NCBI GenBank assembly: GCA_951406725.2
Contig: OX597817.1
Span: 154,008,001 to 154,072,000, forward strand
Source: Octopus vulgaris
Lineage: Eukaryota
Length of the DNA stretch: 64,000 nucleotides
Direction of reading: 5' to 3'
The notes beneath the pieces were generated by a model. It was not told the origin of the DNA. It saw only the letters and a list, made by a program, of their open reading frames with translations, and did not search any database. Position numbers and translations under genes: made by a program. This document shows positions 41,481 through 54,519 of the stretch, piece after piece. Positions within the stretch are counted from its first letter, which is position 1; every line of letters starts with the position of its first letter.

Positions 41481-42099
41481 CTGTATGTATACATATATAT
41501 ATATATAAATTCATAATAGAATATAAGGATAAATAATCGCGTTAATGATTTTTATCAGATAGTCAGCATGGTATAAAAATTTATACGCAATTTATACATT
41601 AAATTAATAATGATATACATATGTATATAATTATATTAAGGGAGCAAGGGCGAAAACGAACGATCTCCAGCGTGCTTCAAGTGCTGAGACCTTCAAAAAA
41701 CAACCAAAAACTCCAGATAAATATACACATGGCTGAAAGCGGGCTAGTGAAAGAATATTTAGCCATGTGTATATTTATCTGGAGTTTTCAGTAGTTTTTG
41801 AAGGTCTCAGCACTTGAAGCATGCTGAAGATAGGTCGTTTTCGCCATTGCTCCCTTACTATAATTATATACATATGTATTTTATTGTTAATTTAAAGCAG
41901 ATATCATTTGATTACATTTACCACGTTTTTGCCACTTGTTTAAGTGTCTTTGTAGTCCCGAGTAGACATAATCATCCTTTCGTCTATCCTGCCCCCCGAC
42001 CCGATGGAACATCGAGGATATGACAGCTGAGAAAGCGATTGAGGACTTTTTCAGTTGTTGATTGGTACTCATTTTCGGCTGAGTAAACTGGAGCAATGT

Positions 42100-42480
42100 G
42101 GAAGCACTCCGTCGGTTACGACGACGAGGGTTCCGGTTGATCCGACCAACGGAACAGCCTGCTCGTGAAATTAACGTGTAAGTGGCTGAGCACTCCACAG
42201 ACACGTGTACCCTTAACGCAGTTCTCGGGGATATTCAGCGTGACACAGAGAGTGACAAGGCTGGCCCCTTGAAATACAGGTACAACAGAAACAGAAAGTA
42301 AGAGTGAGAGAAAGTCGTGGTGAAAGAGTACAGCAGGGATCACCACCATCTCCTGCCGGAGCCTCGTGGAGCTTTAGGTGTTTTCGCTCAATAAACACTC
42401 ACAACGCCCGGTCTGGGAATCGAAACCGCGATCCTACGACCGCGAGTCCGCTGCCCTAACCACTGGGCCATTGCGCCTCC
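42100..42480 (-). mobile_element. SINE family A
   Basis: TSD AAACTGGAGCAAT. Confidence 0.9.
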
Positions 42481-42830
42481 AAACTGGAGCAATATGACAC
42501 TAAGTAGCGTGTCAAGGACATAATGTGCAGCACGGTGCTGGATTGAAACACACGACCTTAGGATAATGAGTACCCCATGCTAACTACTACGCCATATGGC
42601 TTGTGATTGTGTGTATGTGCATATAATTGTGATTATAGCAATGTTTTCTTACATCTCGCACCTCATTTACTCTTAATACAATTAACTATCTTGAGAAAGA
42701 CAGAAGTTACTAGTTGCTCTTGATAAACTATATAGAAACAGCAAACCCAAGAAGGTATCTCTAACAAGTTGGACAACCTGCTAGAAATAGCATCCATATC
42801 TTTCTAAATCACACCATATGCATAAGCATG

Positions 42831-42900
<70 letters not shown>

Positions 42901-42902
<2 letters not shown>

Positions 42903-43100
42903 TGTGTCCGAGTCAGTCACCATGATAGATCGTTAGCCATTGCACACCTTTTTTTTCTCTCTCCTTGTTTCTCGCCTTGTTTTTTCTATGTCCCTTTCTA
43001 TAGAAGAGCGTAGGCTCGAAAGGTAAAAGACTTTTTCTCTTCTTGAGCGTTATACTAATACATCTGTTTGTTTTGTACACCACCTGTCTTCGTCTTTTGT
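42901..43100 (+). mobile_element. PLE pLTR-like element with a decayed minimal hammerhead (family of 12286)
   Basis: cttt-CTATAGA-A-GAGCgtagGCTC-GAAAG-GTA-aaag, between (TA)n tracts. Confidence 0.65.
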
Positions 43101-43116
43101 TTTTTTCGTAAACTCT

Positions 43117-43195
<79 letters not shown>

Positions 43196-43629
43196 ATTGT
43201 ATTTGACGCTACATTGAGGGTCTGGATTTTTAGTATATACAATATACAGAGCTTGATTCAGAAAAATCTTTCTACATGACCTACACGCTGTTATGTATGT
43301 TGTTTTCCTGCAGATTTTTTACTTGACCAGCGTGTGGGAATTGGTGAAACAAAACTTTTAAATATTTTACCTTACTAATCATACTTTCAGAAAAATAACG
43401 ATGAATTATGTTATGTATGTATGTGTTATGTTCTAAATATTTATATATTCATATTCACACATTCATTTCTACGCTGCATCATCATCATTCAAACTTTATC
43501 GTTACTTTCGACTACTCATCCTAATCATGTGGTTACATGTCTGCTTATGTATATAAGTATATTCGGATTGTATGTGTGTAGATATGTGTTATTTTGCAAG
43601 ACTTGCCAACTCAATAAATAAGATCACAA

Positions 43630-43900
43630 AGCCTGTAGATATTCATAACAAATAGGGCCGAACACAGAAGGGACAAAATACTAAGTAGAACTTTTCTTTT
43701 TGGGAAGAAAAGGAAAAAAATCAGGGTCGAATTCCGATCAAAAGGGATCGTCAGAAAAAAAAAGTGGGGCCGATCAACAGGGATCGTGTATCACAGAAAT
43801 GCCAATGTAAAAAGGGGAGAACAGATTAGGTTTGTCCGTGGATAGAAAAGCCTACGGAAAAGACCATGGGAACCTTGGGCAATAGTGTCATGCAAAAAAG
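43630..43900 (-). mobile_element. Degenerate Tx1 3' UTR remnant
   Basis: gatcaaaagggatcgt and gaaaagcctacggaaaagacc motifs shared with 6296-6312 and 21900-21935. Confidence 0.55.
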
Positions 43901-44360
43901 AAAAAACACAATACAGTAGTGGCTCTCTTTTTTCCTTTCGTTTTTTTTCCTTTGGTTCATAGGATTATGCTCAAGCTGGCTAATAAAAACGAAGACGGAG
44001 AGCTTCTAATAATGCGAAAAGGAAAGTGAGGTAACGTTCATATTTCAGGCACAAAGACCCATCATCAACAGTGAATAATTACGTAAATTTATATTTTTTC
44101 AAACCGTTCGCTTCTCATTATAGGCCATTGTGCCTGAAATATATTATAAAGGCTGCTTAACTTGCCATTTTTACATTGTAAGACGCTCTCCGTCTTCCTT
44201 ATTTATTTTATGTTTGTGTCACAATGCTTGAAGCAAACAAGAAAGCCCTTAGATGTTTATATAATCTATGATGAAAGAACAAATAAAATTTCCTTGAATG
44301 AAAACCCTGCCCTTATTGCTGAAATTATATGTAATAGTTTTCCTTTCTTTCAATTCACAG

Positions 44361-44431
44361 CGGCCCTTATTGAAGGAACTATTTTATGTATGCATGGAGG
44401 ATTATCGCCAGATTTGATTGACTTAAACCAG
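44361..44431 (+). CDS. PP1-like exon 5 (AALIEGTILCMHGGLSPDLIDLNQ)
   Basis: Acceptor ttcacag; HGGLSP motif; donor CAG|GTCTGT; phase 1 to 0. Confidence 0.95.
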
Positions 44432-45247
44432 GTCTGTATCGATCTACTTCAATTGCTATTTAATAAAACTTATCTTCAAATCTAGAAAGCAATAAAAAAC
44501 TAAAGCGATAACGAAAACTAAAGCTCCTCAAAGTGTTAGAAATAGAAGCTGAATTTCCTCCCAAATCACTCTCTATTGTCTAAAGAAACAAAGATGTAGA
44601 CAACAACATATTAGATAATACAGTCCTTAATACCCTTAATGGGCGAGAAGATCTCGGATAGGTTATATTTAATCTGATCAATCAGAATTAAACAGGATCT
44701 AAAACAACAAAAAAGCGACATTAAACGTAGCAGAATCAGTGCAATGCTCTACGTTCCGAGTTCAAATATAACTGAGGTTGTCTTTACATTCCAGTGCCCC
44801 AAGGATTGTGAAATATGTAACAGAGTACTTGAGCCTTTTTGACTGACTATAGTATGTATGTATGTATGTATGTATGTATGTATGTATGTATGTATGTATG
44901 TATGTATGTATGTATGTATGTATGTATGTATGTGCGTTTGTGTGTATGTATGTATGTATGTATGTATGTATGTATGTATGTGCGTGTGTCTTTGCGTTTG
45001 TCTTTGCGTTTGTGTTAAGTTTATCGCCAGCCACTGCGTGATACATTGTATTGATTTGTTTATGTTTCCGTAACTTTGTGGCTCGGCAAAATGTGACCGA
45101 TAGAATAAGCACCAGGTTTTTAAAAAATAATGACTTCATTCGATTTGTTCGACTAAACACTTTAAGGCGGTGCCCCAGCATATCCACAATCCAATAACTG
45201 AAATGAATAAAAGATAAAGGATAAAAGAGGCAAATTTTGTGTACATG

Positions 45248-45311
<64 letters not shown>

Positions 45312-45549
45312 GTCTATGTATTTCTATACATAATTTATACATTGTGCTTGTATGAGATGCATTTTCATAAAATTTCTGAAAGATCCAAGGGTTTGTATCC
45401 CAAATAAACTAACTGATGTATCGTCTTCGCTATAAATCAGGTGTGGCAGTTTCATACGAAATTTACGTTATACTTTATCTGTTAAATATTTGTTAATTTA
45501 TTCCTAAAAATAATAATAATGTCTGTTTGTTTTGTTTTTTCTTTTTCAG

Positions 45550-45627
45550 ATCCGAGAAATAGAAAGGCCCCTTGATGTTCCAGATCATGGTTTAGTTTGT
45601 GACCTTCTTTGGTCAGATCCTGATGAG
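45550..45627 (+). CDS. PP1-like exon 6 ([26 protein letters not shown])
   Basis: Acceptor tttttctttttcag; DLLWSDP motif; donor GAG|GTATAT; phase 0 to 0. Confidence 0.97.
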
Positions 45628-45637
45628 GTATATTTAA

Positions 45638-46195
45638 CCCTTCAGCATTTAAACTAGACATATCTGGCCCAAATATTCAACTTGTTTTATGTTAAAACCG
45701 GCTAGATCCAATCTCTTACACATACCCTACAATGTCATTCTAAAAATAAATAAGCACATCATTGATATCTTCAATCTTTGAGATAAATTTCGATTCCCAG
45801 ACCGGGCGTTGTGAGTGTTTATTGAGCGAAAACACCTAAAGCTCCACGAGGCTCCGGCAGGAGATGGTGGTGATCCCTGCTGTACTCTTTCACCACAACT
45901 TTCTCTCACTCTTACTTCCTGTTTCTGTTGTACCTGTACTTCAAGGGGCCGGCCTTGTCACTCTCTGTGTCACGCTGAATATCCCCGAGAACTACGTTAA
46001 GGGTGCACGTGTCTGTGGAGTGCTCAGCCACTTACACGTTAATTTCACGAGCAGGCTGTTCCGTTGGTCGGATGAACCGGAACCCTCGTCGTCGTAACCG
46101 ACGGAGTGCTTCCCTTTGAGATAATGCACGATTAATTCAAAGGAATGTTAATAAATAAGCATTGCATTTGACAGAATCATCTGAATGGTAACTGG
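45638..46195. mobile_element. piggyBac-type MITE (TTAA TSD) with nested SINE A (45788-46112)
   Basis: TTAA|CCCTTCAGCATT ... aatggtaactgg|TTAA; SINE TSD CTTTGAGATAA. A related 5' end starts at about 63969. Confidence 0.6.
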
Positions 46196-46597
46196 TTAAG
46201 CAGTATTTTACTATAAGAATGGTTTCTGATTTAGGTACAAGGCAACCAATATATTTACAAAGAGGGGATTAGTCGATACCAGCGACTCCAGTACATGACA
46301 GATATTTTATATTATTGATTGTGAAAAGATGGATGATAAAGTTGACTTCGACTGGATTTGAACTTAGAATGCAAAAAAAACTGGAAGATATGCGTCAAAG
46401 GATTTTGCCCGATGCGATAAAGAGTCTGCTATTTAACTCCCTACGTGGTATATACTCTCCCTTTAATGGATAATGAACAAACGATATTTTTCTTAAATAA
46501 TGATAACATACAGTTTTAAAGCAATCCTTAAATCCTTAAAAATCTTTCAGTCCGAAAGCTGGGGCCATGCTGGGGCACCACCCTTGAATGAGCTACA

Positions 46598-46815
46598 CTA
46601 GTATGTGAAACCACCTCTGATACGTGGCACTTGGTCAACAAGGGAGTTCGACGCTGTTTCTCGTATCTGTGTTTCCTGCCGAGAGGTAGGTTCATCCGGA
46701 ACCCCTGAGAAGAAGAGATCCAGTTTAGTTTTAAAGAAACCCACATCCACACCATGCAGGTCTCTCAGGCATTTAGGAAGGATATTGAAGAGCTGTGGTC
46801 CCCTGAAACCCAAGA
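46598..46815 (-). mobile_element. CR1-like LINE ORF2 C-terminal fragment
   Basis: FRGPQLFNILPKCLRDLHGVDVGFFKTKLDLFFSGVPDEP. Confidence 0.75.
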
Positions 46816-47874
46816 TTTTTTTTTCAGGCACTATATTATATAGTGTATCGATTCCGCCGAGGTCGACTTTGCCTTTCATCCTTTTGGGGTCGATAAATAA
46901 AGTACCAGTTGCATACTGAGGTTGATCTAATCGACTAGCTCCCTACCCCAAAACATTTCGTGCCTTGTGCCTAGAGCAGAAAAGATTATATATTTTTTCA
47001 AAGAATGGGTGTATGGATATATGCGTTTTATAAGACTTTTTTTTTAACAATGACTGTATAGAAAACGGCCAGAATGTGATTTTGTTTGTAACAACTTCAA
47101 CAGTATTCAGAAACACATTAATTATGTCTTCGTATTGTTTTATCAACATCGTATCATATCATTAGACAAAGTGTTTTAACTCTGTTTGCATGTTTGCTTT
47201 TCTAGAAAACGGACAACTGGCCATCTTGGAAGGTTTGTCTACAATATATACATACACTAGTGTTCAGTTGAAGACAGATTTATTTAGCATACAGTCAATG
47301 CTACAGAAATTCAGATAATGACTACTTGTCATTTAGTGATTACATTTTACGTGAGTAGCGATTTATTCTCGAATGGGACAAGCTGCAATGCAAGTAGCTC
47401 ACCTGAAACATCACACCATTATACTTTCCCTGAAGCGAAGTGAAGAGTGTTTGTTCTCACGTTAGAACTAACTGATTGAAAGTAAATACATTAATACTAT
47501 AGTATCTTAGTTGCCATGCTCAACTAAGTGATTTTTTTTTCTCGTGTATATTTAGGGTTCTGTCAACGTATGACAGGAAACGATAAACTGGTTCAAGGCT
47601 GATGAATATTTCTCGACTTCTATCGATGTATTTCCGTTAATAGATGAAGAGATGTGAGGTTTTGGTTTACAATACTATTGATTTCTGAAAAGAAAATTCA
47701 GTCAACGGCAAAAACAAAAAGCAAATTCCGAAAGCAATGGAAATGTATTTCTAATTAAAATATGATTCGATTACTTCATAGTTAAAAATGTTGCCACCGA
47801 TAACGGATTAGTTAATAGCTATGACGTTAAATTTTAAAAGGTTACATAAAATTATAGTTCCAAAATAAACAACC

Positions 47875-48262
47875 CTCTTTACTCTTTTACTTGTTTCAGT
47901 CATTTGACTGCGGCCATGCTGGAGCACCGCCTTTAATCGAGCAACTCGACCCCGGGACTTATTCTTTTGTAAGCCCAGTACTTATCCTATCGGTCTCTTT
48001 TGCCGAACCGCTAAGTAACGGGGACATAAACACACCAGCATCGGTTGTCAAGCAATGCTAGGGGGACAAACACAGACACACAAACACATATATATATATA
48101 CATATATACGACAGGCTTCTTTCAGTTTCCGTCTACCAAATCCAGTCACAAGGCTTTGGTCGGCCCGGGGCTATAGCAGAAGACACTTGCCCAAGGTGCC
48201 ACGCAGTGGGACTGAACCCGGAACCATGAGGTTGGTAAACAAGCTACTTACCACACAGCCAC
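47875..48262 (-). mobile_element. SINE family C
   Basis: Near full length, ~110 nt upstream of exon 7. Confidence 0.9.
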
Positions 48263-48369
48263 TGAAAGATTTTTTTCTTGTAATGATTGAATTTTTAAAT
48301 TTTATTTTTACCATCTCCCCTTTCCTTTCTTTCTTAATACTTTTTTCCTCTTCACGTAATCTCTTTAAG

Positions 48370-48483
48370 GATATCGCTGGTTGGGGTGAGAACGATCGCG
48401 GAGTTTCCTTTACCTTTGGAGGAGACGTTGTTCGGGAATATTTAAAGAAGCTTGATTGCAGTCTAATGGTTCGTGCGCACCAG
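48370..48483 (+). CDS. PP1-like exon 7 ([38 protein letters not shown])
   Basis: Acceptor ctctttaag (AAG); [10 protein letters not shown] and RAHQ motifs; donor CAG|GTAAAT. Confidence 0.96.
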
Positions 48484-48559
48484 GTAAATATTTTGAAATT
48501 TCTGGGAATGCATAGATTCTCTTCCATCGATAGATTTACATACCTTTTACTTGTAACAG

Positions 48560-48941
48560 GGTGGCGCAATGGCCCAGTGGTTAGGGCAGCGGACTCGCGG
48601 TCGTGGGATCGCGGTTTCGATTCCCAGACCGGGCGTTGTGAGTGTTTATTGAACGACAACACCTAAGGCTCCACGAGGCTCCAGCAGGGGATGGTGGTGA
48701 TCCCTGCTGTACTCTTTCACCACAACTTTCTCTCACTCTTATTTCCTGTTTCTGTTGTACCTGTATTTCAAAGGGCCGGCCTTGTCACTCTCTGTGTCAC
48801 GCTGAATATCCCCGAGAACTACGTTAAGGGTACACGTGTCTGTGGAGTGCTCAGTCACTTACACGTTAATTTCACGAGCAGGCTGTTCCGTTGATTCGGA
48901 TCAACCGGAACCCTCGTCGTCGTAACCGACGGAGTGCTTCC
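48560..48941 (+). mobile_element. SINE family A inserted in the tail of a SINE C (48943-49640, -)
   Basis: TSD ACTTGTAACAG. Confidence 0.9.
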
Positions 48942-49216
48942 CACTTGTAACAGTCATTAGGCTTCGGCCATGCTGGGGCAACGCCTTGAAGAATTTTTAG
49001 CCGAATGTATCTGCACCAATAATTATTTTTAAACCGGGTACTTATTATATCGGTCTGTTTTGCCGAACCGCTAAGTTACAGGGCCTTTGAACACACCAAC
49101 ATCAGTTGTCAAGCGGTGGTAGGACAAACACAAGCATAAAGGCACACACATACACACATACATGCATACATACATACATACATACATACATACATACATA
49201 CATACACATACATATA

Positions 49217-49280
<64 letters not shown>

Positions 49281-49283
<3 letters not shown>

Positions 49284-49408
49284 GGTGTCCCACAAAAATG
49301 TATACACATAGTGGTTCGGCAAAAGAGAACGATAGAATAAGTACGAGGCTTACAAAGAATAACAAATTTACAATTATTTAAGGTGTGTATACATTTTTTG
49401 GGGACACC

Positions 49409-49411
<3 letters not shown>
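49281..49411. mobile_element. Tc1/mariner-type MITE, 131 bp
   Basis: TA|CAGGGTGTCCCACAAAAATGTATACAC ... GTGTATACATTTTTTGGGGACACCCTG|TA. Confidence 0.85.
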
Positions 49412-49461
<50 letters not shown>

Positions 49462-49930
49462 CACAGTTATATATATATATATATATATACTGCGGGTTTC
49501 TTTCAGTTTTCGTTTACCAAATACATTCACAAGGCTTGGGTCCGCTCGAGGTTATAGTAGAAATACTTGCCCAAGTGCTACTCAGTGGGACTGAACACAA
49601 AACCATTTGTTTGAGAAACAAGCTTCATACCACACAGCCACACTTGATAGTATTAAAGTTTTAAACTAAAGTGCCAGTAAAACATAATGCTGATAGAGTT
49701 TAAAACATAAACCTTGAAATTAGAACTTAAAATTTAATATTAATATTACTATGAGATAACTTGTGGATTTTAGTTGTCATGGCATTCATAAATACATAAA
49801 AATCCATTATATACATTAGATAATCGTATACAGTTGTTATGTTTATATATACTATGCATGTATATATGTATGTTTATGTGTGTATGAAAGCATGTATGTA
49901 TGTATGTATGTATGTATGTATGTGTATATG

Positions 49931-49984
<54 letters not shown>

Positions 49985-50131
49985 CAAAGCAATTAAGATT
50001 CAAGTCAATTCCAATGAATTTACTTGAATGTGGTACTTAACTTAGATGCACCAGAAAAAACTATATGGTGTTAACCATACAGTAATGTGGGGTGATTATA
50101 AACAAGAAAGAAGCAACAAGAATGGATTAGT

Positions 50132-50222
50132 TTTTAGTACAATTGTTTCATACAAAGACAGGCTTTATTACAAGTTGCAAAAATTGCAGCAGATAAAAGT
50201 GTCCCGTACTCATCAGCTATAA
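50132..50222 (-). ncRNA. Hammerhead motif with a 60-nt helix II, in fold-back element 49988-50390
   Basis: uag-CUGAUGA-guac...guau-GAAAC-aauu-GUA-cua. Confidence 0.7.
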
Positions 50223-50389
50223 TACATATGAGTTCTCCAAACATCTTAATGGGTGAGGCTATACTCATGAAGTATTGGAGATAGTACGGGACACTTTTAT
50301 CTGCTGCAATTTTTGCAACTTGTAATAAAGCCTGTCTTTGTATGAAACAATTGTACTAAAAACTAATCCATTCTTGTTGCTTCTTTCTC

Positions 50390-50438
<49 letters not shown>

Positions 50439-50807
50439 GTATATATGCATGCATATGTGTATGTATGTCTGTCTCTCTGGCTGTCTTGTATGCATGTATG
50501 TATGTATGTATGTTGACATGTATGTGTACATGTATATATGAACAGATATATCCACATACATATGGTGCAGGCATGGATGTCTTTGCATATGCAGACCTTA
50601 TTACATGCTAAACTTTAAGAATATTTTGTACACTTTGCCAGTACTTTGAACAGCTTGTAACTGTAATCTTCTGATCAGGCATGATTTCCACCCCTATTTT
50701 TGAGAGTACCAACTCTCAAGATTGGTACTGAGACAAATATGCAAGTACTCCAATGAAATTGCTAGAAAGTTATAATCTGGATAGAGTAAGTGAGATTTCC
50801 TGACATT

Positions 50808-51220
50808 ATACTCTTTTACTCTTTTACTTGTTTCAGTCATTTGACTGCGGCCATGCTGGAGCACCGCCTTTAATCGAGCAAATCGACCCCGGGACTTATT
50901 CTTTTGTAAGCCCAGTACTTATTCTATCGGTTTCTTTTGCCGAACCGCTAAGTAACGGGGACGTGAACACACCAGCATCGGTTGTCAAGCAATGCTAGGG
51001 GGACAAACACAGACACACAAATATACACGCACACACATATATATATATACATATATACGACGGGCTTCTTTCAGTTTCCGTCTACCAAATCCACTCACAA
51101 GGCATTGGTCGGCCTGGGGCTATAGCAGAAGACACTTGCCCAAGATGCCACGCAGTGGGACTGAACCCAGAACCATGTGGTTGATTAGCAAGCTACTTAC
51201 CACACAGCCACTCCTGCACC
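50808..51220 (-). mobile_element. SINE family C
   Basis: Full-length copy. Confidence 0.9.
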
Positions 51221-51956
51221 TATTATGTTGCCAATTGCTGAGCAACTGATTTCAAATACTGCCTATAGTTTCTTTCTTCTGTCCCAGATCCTAATTCTTT
51301 TCTACTCTAGGCACAAAGCCTGAAATTTTTGGAGAGGGGGCCAGTCGATTAGATTGACCCCAGTACGTAACTGATACTTAATTTATTGATGCTGAAAGGA
51401 TGAAAGGCAAAGTTGACCTCGGTGGAATTTGAACTTAAAACGTAGCCGCAGACGAAATACCGCTAAGCATTTCACCCGGCATGCTAACGATTCTGCCAGC
51501 TTGCCACCTTCGTCCTAGATCATAATTGTTTGGTCTGATGTACTTGACTGGGATATTCCATTAGTATTCTTTTGAATTATGGGTAATTATGACTTCCAAG
51601 TCACTATCAACTTTATTTTTCCCATTTCAAAATTATTTTTTCATTGGATTCCCTTACGTAGTCATGACATCATGTCTCATATGCAGGTAATACAAAAAGA
51701 AATTTTTTGAGCAGCACCTACTTATGATGAGGAGGACATTTAAAATGTTATTTCCACAAAGCCTACATTAATTGTCACATTTAGGACATTTGCATTCATC
51801 CCTATCTCTTATGTGCATTAGGTATTATGTGGTTGTTAACTGCCCCTGTATTGCAAAAGCATGTACATACGTATGTATATATAATGTGACCGTGTGTGTA
51901 CCGTTGGCGATTTTTTTTCCTCTGTCTTCTCTTCTCTGAATCTTTCCTTCTCCTAA

Positions 51957-51991
51957 GTTTCTGATGAAGAGCTCCGCTCGAAACGTAAAAC
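51957..51991 (+). ncRNA. Minimal Penelope-type hammerhead ribozyme, intact core, in element 51884-52093
   Basis: guuu-CUGAUGA-A-GAGC-ucc-GCUC-GAAAC-GUA-aaac; loopless palindromic helix III (ACGU). Confidence 0.8.
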
Positions 51992-52088
51992 CCTCCTTCT
52001 TCCCTTCCTTCCTGAGCGTCCAATAATACTATATTTGTTCCACGTCCTCGCGTTGTTGTGTTTTCTCTTTGTGTTTTCATGTTTGGAT

Positions 52089-52131
<43 letters not shown>

Positions 52132-52159
52132 GAGAAAGAAGCAACAAGAATGGATTAGT

Positions 52160-52250
52160 TTTTAGTACAATCGTTTCATACAAAGACAGGCTTTATTAAA
52201 AGTTGCAAAAATTGCAGCAGATAAAAGTGTCCCGTACTCATCAGCTAAAA
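52160..52250 (-). ncRNA. Hammerhead motif with a 60-nt helix II (left arm of palindrome 52131-52667)
   Basis: uuuuag-CUGAUGA-guac...guau-GAAAC-gauu-GUA-cuaaaa. Confidence 0.72.
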
Positions 52251-52548
52251 TACATGAGTTCTCCAAACATCTTAGTGGGTGAGGCTATACTCATGAAGTA
52301 TTGGAGATAATTTCATTAAAAACAGATTTAGGAAGTTCTTTAATGATGATGCACAGTCTTATCACAGGTTTTTGAAAAAAGCTTATTAGCTAATAAGCTT
52401 TTTTTCAAAAACCTGTGATAAGACTGTGCATCATCATTAAAGAACTTCCGAAATCTGTTTACAACCTAAATCTGTTTTTAATGAAATTATCTCCAATACG
52501 TCATGAGTATAGCCTCACCCACTAAGATGTTTGGAGAACTCATATGTA

Positions 52549-52639
52549 TTTTAGCTGATGAGTACGGGACACTTTTATCTGCTGCAATTTTTGCAACTTT
52601 TAATAAAGCCTGTCTTTGTATGAAACAATTGTACTAAAA
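52549..52639 (+). ncRNA. Hammerhead motif with a 60-nt helix II (right arm)
   Basis: uuuuag-CUGAUGA(52555-61)-guacgggaca...ugucuuuguau-GAAAC(52622-26)-aauu-GUA-cuaaaa. Confidence 0.78.
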
Positions 52640-52778
52640 ACTAATCCATTCTTGTTGCTTCTTTTCGTTTATAATCACCCCACATTACTGTATGGTTAAC
52701 ACCATATAGTTCTCTGGTGCATCTAAGTTAAGTACCGCATTCAAGTAAATTCATTAGAATTGACTTGAATCTTAATTG

Positions 52779-52811
<33 letters not shown>

Positions 52812-53001
52812 ACAATCAAGGAACGGCCATAATAGGCCATTCACCCACTAGAAATAACAGCCAAAAGCTTTAACTGCAAAATAACGTTAATTCCGTAAAC
52901 CAGGAGAAACTGGCGAGTGCGACGATTTGAAAATTTTAGGTCAGATATCGACGAGGTAGCAACGAGAATGCCTCGTGAAAAATATCTGTTCCGGCTTGGC
53001 T

Positions 53002-53108
53002 ATTTCTTACTGATGATTCTAAGGGCCTATGGTAGATTGGCTTGATTTAATTTAATCAGGTTAGTTTTCCATTAAACAGAAGATGAAACGGTGCATCGTC
53101 TAAGAAAT
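53002..53108 (+). ncRNA. Hammerhead motif with a 68-nt helix II, in element 52808-53335
   Basis: auuucuua-CUGAUGA(53010-16)...GAAAC(53085-89)-ggugcauc-GUC-uaagaaau; perfect 8-bp helix I. Confidence 0.78.
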
Positions 53109-53333
53109 TACAGGGTAAATGTTTTTCAATTTTCTCCTGGTTTACGGAATTAACGTTATTTTGCGGTTAAAGCTTTTGGCTGTTATTTCTAGTGGGTGAA
53201 TGGCCTATTATGGCCGTTCCTTGATTGTTGATGTTGAACTTAAAAATAGTTTATGACTATTTAATTTTTCCCACTAGGCCGCTGGTGGCAAAAGAATTCT
53301 ACAAAATTTTTTTGCCACCCTATATTGATTAAT

Positions 53334-53397
<64 letters not shown>

Positions 53398-53576
53398 GTA
53401 TGTATTGTGTATGTATATATGTATGTATGTATGCATGTGTTGGCACATGTGTGAGTATGTATGTATGTATTTATGTATATGTATGTATGTACATGAATGT
53501 AAAATATTAGTAAGTGTCACTTTACCCTGTTGTACATGTATATTTGATCAATATGTACCTTTTTTTAAAATACTAG

Positions 53577-53615
53577 GTTGTGGAAGATGGATATCAATTC
53601 TTTGAAAAGAGGAAG
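53577..53615 (+). CDS. PP1-like exon 8, 39 nt (VVEDGYQFFEKRK)
   Basis: Acceptor tactag; VVEDGY motif; donor AAG|GTAAGA; phase 0 to 0. Confidence 0.95.
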
Positions 53616-54374
53616 GTAAGACATTTTACTTTATTTAAGACTATTGCCCTTTAGTCTCAGCAATGGATTAGAAAGAAAAGAAAAAAAAAGCTTTTTTTCC
53701 TTAAGTCTTGTCAGCATTATTGTATTATTGTTTTGCTGTTCTTTAGCACCAAGTCAACCCTGATTGAACAGATATTATAGACTATGGTAAAAACGCCTTT
53801 ACCATTCCCTTCTTTGCATACTCAAGACTGTAGTGTCCAATGAGTGATTTGAGAGTGATTTCACTGCTATTTCTAGCAGGTCAATTGGAAATGTAGAGGC
53901 TAAATTATTAGATATTTGTCCTTACCATCTAAATCGTTGCTGTACATGTATACAGACAAATGCTAGCTGAAACCTCATGCATGAAGAAAATTATAAAGTC
54001 ACCAGTGCTCAAAGCCTCAGACACACTTTCTGAAAAATAGCTCTACTCAATACAATCATATGTAAGAAAGACAACTCACACAATACACTTTAATTCAATT
54101 TACACAGTACACGTTCTGCGCAATACATACCCTAATTGAATTTTCTGTATGTGCCAGGTTTACATGCATTAGTGGATTATGGACTTCCATGCGAAAGTGA
54201 CAAGGTATCAGAACATACTTGTAAGTCAGAGGTATCAGAACATGGTTGTAAATCAGGATATGTCCACACAGTGATGGCCCTGTGTGGCACATGTCCAAGG
54301 ATTTTTCTCTCGTTTGAGTCCGGTATACCTTAGCCACAGAAGCATCTTCTGCCAATTATTGCTCCTGATGCACT

Positions 54375-54472
54375 GATGATGATTATGATGATGATGATGA
54401 TGATGATGATGACGACAATGACAATGATATCGATGGTGGTGGTGGTGGTGATGGTGGTGGTGGTGGTGGTGC

Positions 54473-54519
<47 letters not shown>

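Noticed and set aside
48055-48666. 203-aa ORF containing GWGENDRG
   Set aside because: Chimeric read-through of SINE C, PP1 exon 7 and SINE A; only 48370-48483 is coding.
54000-54370. Short ORFs on both strands in intron 8 (possible nested exon)
   Set aside because: No recognisable domain, and the PP1 frame is complete without it.
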